A stretch of 64,000 nucleotides of DNA, taken from IMG/VR virus record IMGVR_UViG_3300020048_000037; one strand, written 5' to 3'. Position numbers and translations under genes: made by a program. Position 1 is the first letter of the stretch, and each line of letters starts with the position of its first letter. This DNA is from an uncultured virus (IMG/VR IMGVR_UViG_3300020048_000037) (taxonomy: Duplodnaviria > Heunggongvirae > Uroviricota > Caudoviricetes). Below the pieces are notes generated by a model, which was given only the letters and a program-made list of their open reading frames with translations, was not told the DNA's origin and did not search any database. Below are positions 22,579 through 35,677 of the stretch, piece by piece.

Positions 22579-22956
22579 TTACCACAAATCTTCAGATGTA
22601 AGTTCTCCTCCAATAATATTATTTTTTAATTGTCCATTTTCTTTAACTAATATCAACGCTTCTTTTCTTGTTAGAAATCTATTCTTTGTAGTTAAAAATC
22701 CTTGAGTTGTTAATCTACCAAAAATATCATATGGATAAAGTTCTCGTGTTAATTCAAATATTTGAGGGTGACGATGCCCGCTGAAAACTCTACCAGTATT
22801 TATATTATATGGTTTGAAACTATAGTCAATTCCGTCATCTATGTAATTTGCTGCACACATTACATATTCTGTTTCACCATTTTTTAAATGTGCTTCTAAT
22901 CTTACTTGATCAATCATTTTTTTATCTTTATTATATTTATTATCTTTATTATTCAA
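22579..22956 (-). CDS. Conserved hypothetical phage protein (paralogue of 36578-36883)
   Basis: CAA..GHRH..QGFLT..RF..RKEA..SEDLW. Confidence 0.6.
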   Translation of the reverse strand: MNNKDNKYNKDKKMIDQVRLEAHLKNGETEYVMCAANYIDDGIDYSFKPYNINTGRVFSGHRHPQIFELTRELYPYDIFGRLTTQGFLTTKNRFLTRKEALILVKENGQLKNNIIGGELTSEDLW

Positions 22957-23331
22957 TATTTAATTATCTTCTTCTTGACATATAAAATAATTATCATCTT
23001 GATTTGAAAATATATCACAATAATGTTCTTTAATTTTTTCTATTGCTTCATTTAATGTCATAACTTTAAAAAACATTCCATATGATATTTGTTTAAAATG
23101 TGTATCAAACTCAGAATCTGTCATATGTTTAGCATATACTCTATGTGTATCATAAGTATTTTTTATTTCTATGTCACATTCTATTGTAGCATCTTTTTCT
23201 GTTATAAAAACTTTTTTAAAACTATTCATAATTAAATCATACACTACATACACATTTTCAATATCTATACCTCCCATAATATTATAATTTATTTCACCAC
23301 AAAGATAAACAATTAAATCCAATTAAAAAAA

Positions 23332-23541
23332 CTAATTATATTTTTTTTCAATATTTTTCAATTTTTCTATTCTTAAGTCAATAATAGCTTGACGATAATA
23401 TTTTTTAAAGTCTTTATCATTTTTATAACGAATAAAATCATAAATAGGTATATAAACATAATTATCACTTTTTGAATCTGATATATCTACAAATGTATAT
23501 ATCTCATATGCTTTTTTGTCTAATTCACTAATCATAAACAT
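23332..23541 (-). CDS. RKxKL-tail family protein (similar to 45061-45258)
   Basis: AYEIY...IDLRIEKLKNI. Confidence 0.6.
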   Translation of the reverse strand: MFMISELDKKAYEIYTFVDISDSKSDNYVYIPIYDFIRYKNDKDFKKYYRQAIIDLRIEKLKNIEKKYN

Positions 23542-23811
23542 TAAACGAATTTATTAAGAGCAAATTTAAGTTTAAATTCAAAATCTGTATCTGCTTCAAT
23601 TTCTTTTAACATCCTATAATAAAAAGAGTTGTCTAACGTATTATCATTCGGTTCACCTCCAACTAAATATAATTGATAATTTCTATTCACATAATCATCA
23701 ACATTATCATATTCATTAATATCTTTAATAGATTCTTTAATTTTGTCTATAACTTTATTTATTTCTGTGTATTTCATAATTGTAACTTTTTTATTTTTTT
23801 ATTATATAATA

Positions 23812-24303
23812 ATGATGGAAATATTAGATATTAAATTTAGAAATGAAGGTTTAGCAAAAAAATTATCAAATTTATACCCTCACAAATTTGAAATAGATGG
23901 AATATCTATGGCTTCATATGAAGGCTTCATACAATCATTAAGAACTCCAGACATAGAAGTTAAAGAATGTATATGGAATCTATCAGGGTTTGAAGCCTGG
24001 CAAGCAGGACAGTCTATTAATTGGATTGATAATCAAACATTATATTGGATAACTGAACCAATAGATAGACAATCTGAAAAATATAATAAACTTATAGAAA
24101 GATCATATGATTGTTTATTTGAACAAAATGAAGAATATAGAAATGCTCTAACAGAATCATTACCATATAAATTAGATCATACTATTGGAAAATCTGGTAA
24201 AACAAATACATTAATGACAAAAAGTGAATTTTTAATTCAATTAAATAGATTGAGAAGTAAATTGACAGAACGTAAATTCTTTAATCTATTTGAATTATTT
24301 TAA
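23812..24303 (+). CDS. NADAR-superfamily protein (T4 gp30.3-like)
   Basis: LSNLYPHKFEIDG..SYEGFIQSL; likely start ATG 23812. Confidence 0.65.
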   Translation: MMEILDIKFRNEGLAKKLSNLYPHKFEIDGISMASYEGFIQSLRTPDIEVKECIWNLSGFEAWQAGQSINWIDNQTLYWITEPIDRQSEKYNKLIERSYDCLFEQNEEYRNALTESLPYKLDHTIGKSGKTNTLMTKSEFLIQLNRLRSKLTERKFFNLFELF

Positions 24304-24663
24304 ATAATTTTCATATAATTAATAATATATTTATTCATCTTATTGTATCACCTTTATTTTTTGTGACACAAATAGCCTCAACAAATTTCGAGTTTTCATA
24401 GTATCTTATTTTATTTTCTGCATCTTTAACAATAATTGAATAATTTGTATCAACTATGTTTGTCATGTTATTTATTGTTGATGTAAATAATACATTTTTA
24501 ACAATAACTGGAGATTTTAGTTCATTTATTGAATATTCAACATATTGGTCATAATTGTAAAATACTATACCATTATATGTATAACTATCATGTGATATGC
24601 AACCTACTAAAAATGATGCAATAAAAATTGCAATTTGAAACTTAATACTTTTCATATTTTAAA

Positions 24664-25086
24664 TTAAAACCAAACTCTATGTTTTTCGTGAATTGTTTCT
24701 AAGCCGTCTTCTGATTCATATATATACCACTCTACATCATCAGGAATCTCAACAATTTTTAATTCAGTAGACGGATGTTCTTCTACTGCTTTGATTAAAT
24801 TTATATCAGTTCTATCAATATCATTATAAGAAAAATAATTTTCATCAGAAAATAATAGATTATCAGATTTTAGTTCTGGTCCTAAATCATTTAATGATAT
24901 ATAAAAATATTGATATATAGATTTGGTGTTTTTTGTATATTTGACATCATCTAAATCACTATTAATGCTATTTCCATAAATTCTATTATAAAAATACGGC
25001 TTACCTAATCCAGATAATTTAAAATATTTTTTAATGATATTTGATGTTAATGTGAAACCGCTCCCCTTTGATATTACTACTTTCAT
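24664..25086 (-). CDS. Conserved hypothetical phage protein
   Basis: C-terminal LKIVEIPDDVEWYI..DG.E.IHEKHR.W. Confidence 0.55.
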   Translation of the reverse strand: MKVVISKGSGFTLTSNIIKKYFKLSGLGKPYFYNRIYGNSINSDLDDVKYTKNTKSIYQYFYISLNDLGPELKSDNLLFSDENYFSYNDIDRTDINLIKAVEEHPSTELKIVEIPDDVEWYIYESEDGLETIHEKHRVWF

Positions 25087-25175
25087 ATTTTCTATTTTTT
25101 ACCACAAATAATTATTTATTAAATATATGCAAGATCATGATATATACTATATTTTAATTTATTTTATTCCCGAAA

Positions 25176-26186
25176 TTATTCATTTACTAAATATTCATTA
25201 CTAATTACTTTAAAACTAATAGATGAATCTAATGATTTAAATACTGATCCCTCCCTTTTTTCTGATGTAGTTAATAATGAATTACCTTCAGTATGTTTTA
25301 ATAATTCATCAATAGTATTAGGTAATTTATAATGATTACTAACTAAAGGTACAGTATCAGCGTTTAATACATTGTGAATTATATCTACAAATGTATCATA
25401 ATCTTCTAATCTATATTCATCTATATTAAATACTCTAAAATATTTAATTGTTTTATAATTTAGTTTATAATTATTTTTTTGTATTCCTGAACCAATCAAT
25501 TCACCTTGAATAGCTATATTTTTACCATATGCTCTCAATTTTTCTTCAATGTTATTATCAATTGCAAATTTCCAAATTAAGTTATCTGGATTTCTTTTGT
25601 ATTCCCAATTTCTACCACATACACCAAATACTCCATTATTTAAATACATAGTAGTTGATTGTCCATCTAGTTTTTCTGTTTCATAGAAACTGATGTCATC
25701 TTGTTTCCATTCTTCAAAATCATCTGATAAATTTTGAATTCTTTCTTCATCCGTCTTAGATATAAATGAAGGAATAGCACCAACAACATCTTCTTTAAGT
25801 TCATCTGGAATTGGAACTTCATATTTTTGAATATTTAATGATTCTGTTAAATCAATACCAACAGTAACATCAGACAAATCATATCCATCTAATGTTATAA
25901 TAAGTCCCTGTGAAATTTGATTTTTTAACCGAATCGTTCTCAAACGGAATCCTTCTTGTTCATCATTTTTAATATAAGAACTTTTTCTTAAAAATTCATA
26001 ATTTTCTTCTATTGGTAATAACGAATCAATTTCACAATATATAACTTTATCACCTATTTTAAATTCATCTTTTTTAACTACAACTTTCCAACCAAGAATG
26101 CTTGCTACTTCTATTCTATCTGCGCCTTTTATTGGTTGAATATCTTTAATTATTTGAACTGTTGCTAATTTTCTTTCAATATTCAT
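25176..26186 (-). CDS. ATP-dependent RNA ligase, DRB0094-type with N-terminal OB/tRNA-binding domain
   Basis: RKLA..I.GADRIE..GW, YCEIDS, SQGL, KTDEERIQN, TEKLDG, QGELIG, REG.VFK, FKVISNEYL. Confidence 0.9.
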   Translation of the reverse strand: MNIERKLATVQIIKDIQPIKGADRIEVASILGWKVVVKKDEFKIGDKVIYCEIDSLLPIEENYEFLRKSSYIKNDEQEGFRLRTIRLKNQISQGLIITLDGYDLSDVTVGIDLTESLNIQKYEVPIPDELKEDVVGAIPSFISKTDEERIQNLSDDFEEWKQDDISFYETEKLDGQSTTMYLNNGVFGVCGRNWEYKRNPDNLIWKFAIDNNIEEKLRAYGKNIAIQGELIGSGIQKNNYKLNYKTIKYFRVFNIDEYRLEDYDTFVDIIHNVLNADTVPLVSNHYKLPNTIDELLKHTEGNSLLTTSEKREGSVFKSLDSSISFKVISNEYLVNE

Positions 26187-27060
26187 AATTTACTTCTATT
26201 ATATATGCTTTTATTTGTTTATAAAGTAATCTATCTGGTTCATATAATTCTGATTCTATATCATTAGAATCATTTATTTTTATGAAATTTTTATTGATTT
26301 CTTTTATTATAATAATACTTTGATGTTCATATCTTCCAATTTTTGCTTGAATTATATGCAATAATCTTGCTTTATTACCTATTGATTTCTTTTTATATGA
26401 TATTAATCCACACTGTCCAATAACAGCATAATAATTAGTATCATTTTTATAATCTTCCATATTTCTATTTTAATTGAGAAATATATGAACAACCTTTTTC
26501 TAACCTATATGTTAGTTTAGTACCATATTTTTCTTCGTATGCTAAAATATATCTATCTAATTCTTCAATATCTGAATGAAGATATATAATTTCTTCAAAA
26601 GGATGTGTGTAATTTATACCAAGAAATTGATCATTCCATGCATCAATACACATTTTAATATGTATACTTTTAAATTATTTTTGTAAATTTTTAAATTCTT
26701 CTGTATCAAAATATTCTTTTTTCATATTAATTGATATTTTTCAATAAATCATCAGATATAATATTAATGAGTTTAATGTTTAATGAATCAGAATTACTTA
26801 AACGATTCAAAATAAACATGTTTCCTTTATAAAAAAATTTACCATTTTTATCATTAAATATCAATTTCCCTTGACTGAAAAGTCTTTCATCACCATCCAT
26901 AGAAATAAAATCTAATTTTTTAACTTCATCGTTAGATTTATCATATAAAATCCAATAATAATTTTTAGATTTGTCTGTTTCTTTTTTATTAGTAATTTTT
27001 GTTTCAAATAACATATATTTATTTGATTCAAAACAATATAAAATACCAGTGTTAGTCATA

Positions 27061-27612
27061 TTATTCTTTATTTAATTCGATAAAAGATTTTAGTGTTATA
27101 ACCTTATCATAAACAGATTTTGGTACCATATTTTGTATATCTTTTGATTCTGTTAAGATAGCTTCTCTAACTTTTGTTGCAGATATACCATCTTCAACAC
27201 TACCTCTTGCTAATAGAACAAGAGACACATTAGATTTGAACATAAATCCTGGAAACCATTTTGTAATTATTTCAAATCCATCAGAATAATACATAGTAAA
27301 ACAACTACTTTTTATTTCATCTACAATTTTAGCATATAGATAAAATCCCCATTCAATTGAATTATCACTTTCAGATGATAAATCATCCAATTTAATTATC
27401 TTACATTTATCTATTAATTTTTCCTCTGTTAATGCTTCAGTTAGCATTTGCACTCTCAAGCTAATAGGAATAGGATTTCTAGAATTTACTTTATCTGCAC
27501 TACCTACCAAAAAAACTACTATTTCATTTTCAGCACACGCTTTTTTAATCAAAGCCATATGTCCATTATGTACTGGCTGAACTCTTGCTAAAATTACTCC
27601 AAATTTATTCAT
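27061..27612 (-). CDS. NadM/NadR-like NMN adenylyltransferase
   Basis: RVQPVHNGH, VGSA, RNP, ISATKVR. Confidence 0.8.
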   Translation of the reverse strand: MNKFGVILARVQPVHNGHMALIKKACAENEIVVFLVGSADKVNSRNPIPISLRVQMLTEALTEEKLIDKCKIIKLDDLSSESDNSIEWGFYLYAKIVDEIKSSCFTMYYSDGFEIITKWFPGFMFKSNVSLVLLARGSVEDGISATKVREAILTESKDIQNMVPKSVYDKVITLKSFIELNKE

Positions 27613-28824
27613 ATTTATATTATATTAATAATTTCTACTTTTTATAAAATCAAAGATGATATCTAATTCTTTTGAATATAGAATCCTGTGAAAACGTGTA
27701 CCTTTTGAGTCACCAACATAATCATTAAACCATTCTACAAATTTTTCTTTTGTTATAGTGTGTGATCCGCCAAACAAATCAGTTTGTATAATTCCTTCAC
27801 CGCCATAAGAAATCCATAGAATTCTCTTTTCTAAATAAAAATCTATATTTTTTCTTGCTTTATCATCAGTTAATTTTAATGAAAAATCTTCGATATTTAA
27901 TTCAAGTATGAATTTTCCTGTAATAAGGTTTAAATCAGCTATAGTTATTGTCTGTTTCATTTAAATTTCTTTAATAGGATATTTAATATGTCTTTCTTTA
28001 AAATAATTATAATATTGTTCAGCTTGTTCATCATTTATAAAGTATCTTTCGTAATATTGTCGATCAGTAAATCTCATATATACTATAGGATAACGATATA
28101 CTTCATTATTTAATAAATATAATTCTTTGTTTTCATTCTCTATTCCAAAATAATTTTCTTTTTTTTGTGTTGCACCATAACGTGAGTTATCATTCCACAT
28201 ACTCACTGCTTTAATTTTAATTAATCCAAAAAAAATTGATTTTTCTGGTTTGTTGATGTGTTCCCAATCAGTATCTTTTTTTGTTTTTGTTAATGATATT
28301 GATACCAAAAAATCAGCATTATAAATCTTTTCCATATATTTAATTATTAATTGTTATACCAAACTACATGTGTTGCATCTAATGAACATATATATTCATT
28401 ACAACTTTCATCAGATTTTTTATTTTCTTTTACCCAATATCCAAATCCATCATCACTAGTTATACTACGGTCCTTGATTTGTTGCTTATAATCTTTTACT
28501 GTTATTAAACATTTTTTATCATTTCTGTCTAATTCTTGATTATATTTTCGTTGTGTCATAATTATATTATTTATCATAATGAATCTGTTTCACTGGTTGA
28601 AATTATTTCAGTACCTAGTTTTAATGTTACTTTCACACTATATGAATCTGGTTTACAATATCCTGTATCATGTGGTATCAATTCTGCTTCGATATTTAAA
28701 TTTTCTTTTAAATAATCTATTATTTCTTCTTTACTCATAATGTTATTTTTAAATTATTGTACAAAGATATAAAATATAAATGATTAATATATCATATTTT
28801 TAAATTTTAATGTTATTTAACTAT

Positions 28825-30377
28825 TTATAATTTATTTAGTTTTCTTTTTCTATATTCTTTTAGTGTTATAAAATAATTTGCATTATATCCAAGATTTTTA
28901 TATTTAAGAAAAACTAGGTTATTAGAATAATGAAAAGGACCATCATTATTATATGTAGCTAATATACAAAGATTGCCATAGAGATTGTATTTTTTCTTAT
29001 ATTTTTTATCTATGCAAATAATTATTTCTCCTTGGTTAAACACAATTTAGTTTTTTTAATTTTCTTTTTCTATATTCTTTTAATGATATAAAATTTTTAA
29101 TATTAGATGCCCAAAGTATATCATATAATAGTATATAATTTATATATACATCTGTTATAGTGTATGTATTATAAAGTTTGACATCACCACCTTCACCTGT
29201 AACATCTATACATACTACTATGTCTCCTTTTTTAAACATTATTTTATTACTTTAATTTATTGAGTTTCAATATTCTTTTTATTTTATAATATTCTTTTTT
29301 GCTATAACCTTCTACACCTATATTAACCTCAAATAAACCAATTTTTATTAACTCATCATACTCTTTTATTCTTGTTTTATAATACTCATTTTTCCTTATT
29401 TTTCTTATATTTTTTAAAAATAAAAAACACAAGAAGTTGAAAAAATAAAAAATCATCCACCATTTCATTTTTAGTGTATTATCATCATCAGAAAATCTTG
29501 TTAATTTATCTAATTTATTATTTATTATAACACCAAATATTACATAAAATCCTACTGAAAATATTACACTCTTTAAAAATTCTATCATAATGTTTTTAAT
29601 TTTAATAATTTTTCTTTTCTATAATCTTTTTTTCTTTTTTTATAAAATCTATCTGATCTAAGTGGTATTGTGCTATTATCAACAAATAAAAAACCACTCA
29701 TATCTATATATGTTATTACATAAAAATGATTTTTTGTGATGTGCTTATAGGGTGTAGAATATATACATATTACATCATCTCCTACTTTAAAATCTTGTTT
29801 GTTGTACATATATTATTAAGTTTATTGAGTTTTAATTTTCGATTATAATTAGTAAAATTTATTTCTTTATTTGATAAATAAATATTACCTTTTTCTATAT
29901 TTCCTGATAAATAAACAATACAATTATCGAACTTTCCAATAGATTTTGAAGTTTGTTTATTTTTTGATAAACTAAAATTTCTTGAATATAATAAAAAATC
30001 AATATCTTCAACACTAAAATAAATTATTGGTTCATGATTATATTTTAATTTATAAATATTGATTTCTTTTATAATTTCTTTTATAATTTCTTTATAAATA
30101 TTATTAGATGTATAAGTTGTATCTATATTAAATGTTTCAATCATAAATTATTGATTTTTTCTAATTTTCTATTTCTGATAAATTTAAGAATATTTCTTAT
30201 ATCTTTTGTATAATGTAAAGTTTTACAATCAATTAAATCTTCATCTATCCACAGTATTTCAAATATTATTAGATGATCATCTCGTTGAATGATTTTTACA
30301 AATGTAAATTTATATTGAGATTCTTTCTCACCTCCATTGAGTATATATGATATTAAATCTTCTTTTGAAATATTCAC
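28825..30377 (-). other. Array of six RKxKL-tail ORFs (28825, 29036, 29247, 29585, 29782, 30141)
   Basis: Tails YRKRKLNKL, YRKRKLKKL, KRILKLNKL, YRKEKLLKL, NRKLKLNKL, IRNRKLEKI; abutting or overlapping genes. Confidence 0.75.
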
Positions 30378-30401
30378 AATTTTGATAATTTTTAAAGTTT
30401 T

Positions 30402-30923
30402 TTATTTTTGTTTACTATTAAATAATGATTTAAACTCATTGAAATCTTCACAGAATAATAATCTTGATTTTTGTTCATCTGTTATAAAGTCTGATAGATT
30501 TTTGAATAATGAATATAACTCATTGCCAAATATATAAATATTTGGTTTAATTTTCATTTTTCTTTCTTCATCTAAAAGTAAAAAAACTTCAGATAAAGTT
30601 CCAATACCGCCTCGTTGTACAATAAATATATCACTATCAGTAACCAATTTTTTTAATCTAGAATAAATATCATCACAAGGAATAGTTTGTGTTAAATATT
30701 TATTTCCTTTTGCTGGTCCTATTGATAAGCAAGTATATCCAATTACTTCACCATTTGATTCCTTAGCACCTTTTGATACTGCTTCCATTAAACCTCTATA
30801 TCCACCACTCTTAACTATATAACCATTTTTAGCTAATAGTTCACCTATTAAAATACTATCACTATATTGCTGTGTTGTTCTATCATTAATAGCTCCACCA
30901 AAAAAAGTTGCATATTTTTTCAT
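30402..30923 (-). CDS. LOG/SLOG family nucleotide-processing protein
   Basis: SGGYRGLMEAVSKGA, R...L, GGIGTLSE. Confidence 0.85.
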   Translation of the reverse strand: MKKYATFFGGAINDRTTQQYSDSILIGELLAKNGYIVKSGGYRGLMEAVSKGAKESNGEVIGYTCLSIGPAKGNKYLTQTIPCDDIYSRLKKLVTDSDIFIVQRGGIGTLSEVFLLLDEERKMKIKPNIYIFGNELYSLFKNLSDFITDEQKSRLLFCEDFNEFKSLFNSKQK

Positions 30924-30993
30924 TTTGATTATTTTATTTATTTTAAAAGTCTCTTCTATTATTTATTGTTGATGAATAATTCATCTAAAAATT

Positions 30994-33746
30994 TTATTTT
31001 ATGATAGTTTTTAAATATGATATAATTTTTTTAAATATGTTATTATTATTTAATTTTTTTAATTTCATTTTTCTAATATCTTTTTCTGTTGGTGGTATTT
31101 TAAATGTATAATCAAAAATATCATTTTTTTGACAAATATTAACATACATATAAAGATTATCATCTATAATATATGTCTTATCTTTTTTATAATAATACAT
31201 ATCTCTTTTCATTGTTATTTTATCTCCTATTTTTACCATTTTAAAGTCTTTTTATTATTTTTAGTTTTTGTCTTCTTATTTCACTGTCAGATAATATAAA
31301 TCTTGTGTACTCATATTCATATGGTTCATCTTCTAATTTCAAATGTAACTTACCAAAAATAGGGTGTTTTTTTATTACTTTGTATGTTTTATTTAAATCT
31401 AAATGGTGTTTATAATACTTATTAACAATACATTTTACTTCATTACCTTTTTGTATTTCCATTTAATTTATTTAGTTTTAATTTTCTATATTCTTGAGTT
31501 GATATAAATCTATTTGAATCCAAATCTATATCTACATTTTCTTTTAATGTTAAACTAAGTTCACAGTAACTTTTTTTGTTTGTTAAACTAAAATCTCGAA
31601 TTCTGTATATTGTATAAATATGATAATTAATTAAAAAATTTGTTTCATCCCAATAAAGATCATCACCATAACTATATGCATAATCATCGATACAAACTAT
31701 TTTATCTCCTATTTTAAACATAGTTTATTTGTTAATTTATCTAGTTTTAATTTTCTCGCTTCTTTTAATGTGATGAAATAATCATCAAAATTATAACGTC
31801 CATCTATGCTATATTTTCTAAATGATACATCATCAACTTCAATAATATCTTCAAATCTGCGATATTTTTTGTCACAACATATTCCTGTTATTGAGTAGAT
31901 ATGAACATATTTAAATCCAAAAAAGTTATCTTCATTTAGTTTACATACAACTTTATCTCCTATATTAAACATCATTTATTTTTTTTAATTTTTGTTTTCT
32001 ATATTCAGTTAAAGATATAAAATATATTGATTCAAATGTGTATGAATGATCATTTTTAAGATAGTAATAAATTGATGTTTTATATTTAAATATATAATCT
32101 ACTATATATGATTCTCCATGTACTAATCTATTATCATATTTACCTATATAAATAACTATATCTCCAACTTTTACACTCATAATTTTGATAATTGTTGTAA
32201 TTTATATTTTCTCATATTTGGTGAGAATATTAATTTTATAATAAAATTATCATCAATATAATATAAAAATAATTTATAATCATGTGAATATATTTTGTTT
32301 ATTATATCTATATTTTTACCTAAATCTACATATAAAATATATTTATACCAAAAATATGGATTTGCTATTTCACATATAATGTTGTCTTGATTGATAATCA
32401 CAAAAAAGTTATTTTTAGTATCATAAATATCATTTATACTTAATTCTTCTATTGTAATATCCACCATTTTTAAATTATCATTAATATCACATATAAAATA
32501 TATTGGAAAATTCTTACAACTAAGATTATTTATTCTAAATAAACTTTCACTCCATATTTTGTTTGATTCACGAAATTCAATCATAAGATATTCTTTACTG
32601 TAAATTGTATCTTTATGTTTCTTATACTCAATAGTATTAAATTTTATAATATTATTCAATTTTTAATTTTTTTAGTTTTATTTTCAGCTCAAGTTGATGA
32701 ATTAATTTATTGGTTTCTATTATTATTTGATTTGTGCTTGAAGTAGATTTATAATATGAAATATATTGTATTTTATAATTATAGTACTTCAATTTAAAAT
32801 TATCATATTTTATATAATTATATAATATTATAAAGATAGTAAAAAATATATAAACTATCTTATTTTTATCTACCTCATCTTCTAAAAAAGTAATAAAAAA
32901 ACCATTATCAAATTTTTTCTTTTTATTTTTATATATCAAATATGATGATACATTTAATATAAAATAAATAACAATAGAGAAAAATGTAATATCTATTATA
33001 TTAATCATATATTTAATTTTTTCAATTTTTTCAATTTAATTTTTAACTCACATTGATATAATTTTCTTCTAATTTCATCTTCACCTATTATATTTAAATT
33101 ATAATCTACTGAGTTTGATATGATTTGTAAATAAGGATCATTTTTAGCATTTTCGATTTTTTCAACCTTATATTTTAAATATCCATATTCAAACTCATCT
33201 TTATGATAACTATTGTATATAAATATAAAATGAGTAAAAAATAAGTATAATACAGGATGTTTATTTATATGCTCTTTATAAAAATAAGTCTTATAATCAT
33301 ATGTGAGTTTTTTAACTTCATTTTTAAAAACTATAATATTACTTATATAATATATAAGTGTAGATATTGATATTATTCCAATAATTATTAATGTATTATT
33401 CATATTAATTTTTTTTAATTTTTTCAAGTTTATTTTTTCGTTCTTGTTTTTTTATATATTTTTTCAATTTAACTATCACTTTAGAATTTGGATCCATATA
33501 AGATTCTTTTAATTTATTTTTTGAATATGTTAGTTTAAATTTATCATCTGTTTTATTGATAAATAATACATAAATAGGATAATATAATATACATGGGAAA
33601 CTATAATTCATTTTAACATAATAATTAAAATCATGATATATTCTATTATACCTTTTTTTTAAGTATATACTAGCGCATACACAAAATATTACATATATTT
33701 CAAATATAAATAATATAGATAATATAATTATATAAAAATTGGTCAT
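30994..33746 (-). other. Array of nine RKxKL-tail ORFs (30994, 31241, 31443, 31709, 31965, 32177, 32652, 33005, 33405); the last three have TM segments
   Basis: All end in (R/L)K-x-KL-x-(K/Q/I)-(L/I); several start M-(F/V)-(K/N)-(I/V)GD-x-(I/V). Confidence 0.75.
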
Positions 33747-34333
33747 AAATCATATAATTTTTTTAATTTGTCTTTTCTGTTCATACTCAATAAATCAAAT
33801 TTTTTATAGTTGATTTCTTTACTTATATCTAAATTATAATCTTCAATTAAAACTTTTTTGTTGATAATAAAACAATTGTCAAAAGTTATAAAACTTTGTT
33901 TTCTTTCAATATTTAATGATATAGTATTATCAAATATATTATCTTTTTCATTATTTGATTTTATTTTATCAATAACATAATTAGAAATTAATTGTGCTAA
34001 TTTAGTACCAAATTTAAATATCATTGTTTCTCCTTCTAATTCTGGATTATTATAATCTTTAATGATATTAATATAACAAAAATTCATTTTAGCAATTGAA
34101 ATATTTTTTATTCTATTATCAGTATATTCATTAGTTTTTCTGTAAATAAAACAATTTTTTTTAATGTTATCATCAAGTTTAAAATATCCTTGCTTATTTT
34201 CATTATCTTGTAAATAATTAATATATGCAACATCTTCTATTATTATAGTATTATGTGTATTAACAATAGCAATTTCTGATAAATATTCTTCACCTTGTTT
34301 TATATTAGTAAATTGATTATAAAATTTTGTCAT
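33743..34333 (-). CDS. Divergent T4 gp32-like ssDNA-binding fragment with RKxKL tail
   Basis: YINIIKDYNNPELEGETMIFKFGTKL resembles the gp32 core [26 protein letters not shown] (recalled); ends RKDKLKKL. Confidence 0.45.
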   Translation of the reverse strand: MTKFYNQFTNIKQGEEYLSEIAIVNTHNTIIIEDVAYINYLQDNENKQGYFKLDDNIKKNCFIYRKTNEYTDNRIKNISIAKMNFCYINIIKDYNNPELEGETMIFKFGTKLAQLISNYVIDKIKSNNEKDNIFDNTISLNIERKQSFITFDNCFIINKKVLIEDYNLDISKEINYKKFDLLSMNRKDKLKKLYDL

Positions 34334-35588
34334 TTCATTTTATTTGAAGTTTTACCATTCCAATTATCTTTTTCTGCGTAATATAGAAACATATCATAAA
34401 ATTTTTTCCATGTTGCTAATGATCTATTTTTTTTAGGGTATCTAACTTTGTTACAATTGCTACCACAATTACCAATATGAATACCTTTATTGTCACGTCT
34501 TATTATAGGTGATTGTGAGTTAAAGTTAGTATGTGGTGATGATATTTTTATTTTTTCTTCTTTATATATGTTATCAATAATAATACCTGGTATTTTATAT
34601 TGTAATATAATATCATACAAATCAATATATATTGTACTACTATTATAATTTTGTCCAGTAGTTCCATTTTGTTCTCGTACTAATCTCCAATATATAGCAG
34701 TTTCTTTAATTATTTCAATATTTGTTTTACCAATACTATGTTGTGAATATAAATACACTTGACTTAGTAGATTTCTTAGCTTTTTTAAGTATTTTTTTTC
34801 TGTCATTTGTTTTTAATATGAATTATATGTTTTTGTATTAGGTTTATAACTTTTCATTTTTTTAATCTTCTTGCTTTGCATCATTTTCGTGCAAATCTTC
34901 AACAACATCAGGGATTGGCTGAGAAGAGTTCNNNNNNNNNNTCTTTTCATTTTTAAATATCTTTTCATTTTTACATATTCATTATAATATTTAGATGTAG
35001 CATAATCATATTTTAACATATGATTTTGTTCAAAATTTGAAACTCTGTCTTTATAATAAGATATCTTTCTACTCTCTCGTATTTTATCTAAAAATAAAAA
35101 GCAAAACACATTAATAAACATGAACATTAAAATATATTTAATATCAATATTTTTTCCTATAAAAAATTTATCATTTTTATATCTTGTTTTTTTGTCTAGT
35201 ATATTTGGCAAATATGGAAAACTACCAAAATATAAAGTATAAATAATTATAACTACTAACTCTAATATCATATTTTTATATTTTTATAGATTCAATTTTA
35301 GTATCAACATCTTTAATGAGTTTATTAAAGACATTTAAGTGCATATTATCATTACTATGAATACCTCTTGTTCTATTATCTATAGAGTCATTGATAATAT
35401 CATTGCGAATTTTAAATAATTCAATCTTAGAATTAGATTTAGATATGTTATAGTTGTGCTTATTGTACAATTTATTTGCAATTTTTTTATGTTTTATTGA
35501 ATTTGCAAATATCAATAAAAGTAAACAAATAAATCCTGATATAATTAATATTGCTGTTTCCATAATTAGTATATTTATATAAAGTTCA

Positions 35589-35677
35589 CAAAGATAATGA
35601 TAATTTTTATATTACCAACAAATAATAATGTTTTTTGTAAAATTATTTGGTAATATAAAATATAAGCATTATCTTTG
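35589..35677. promoter_or_regulatory. Divergent pair of Bacteroidota-type promoters
   Basis: + strand TTTG(35646)-N20-TATCTTTG(35670); mirror TATCTTTG on - strand at 35589-35596; sits at the strand switch. Confidence 0.75.

Noticed and set aside
34860..34940. GC-richer segment next to the N gap
   Set aside because: It abuts a gap and breaks the ORF's style; probably mis-joined sequence that cannot be interpreted.
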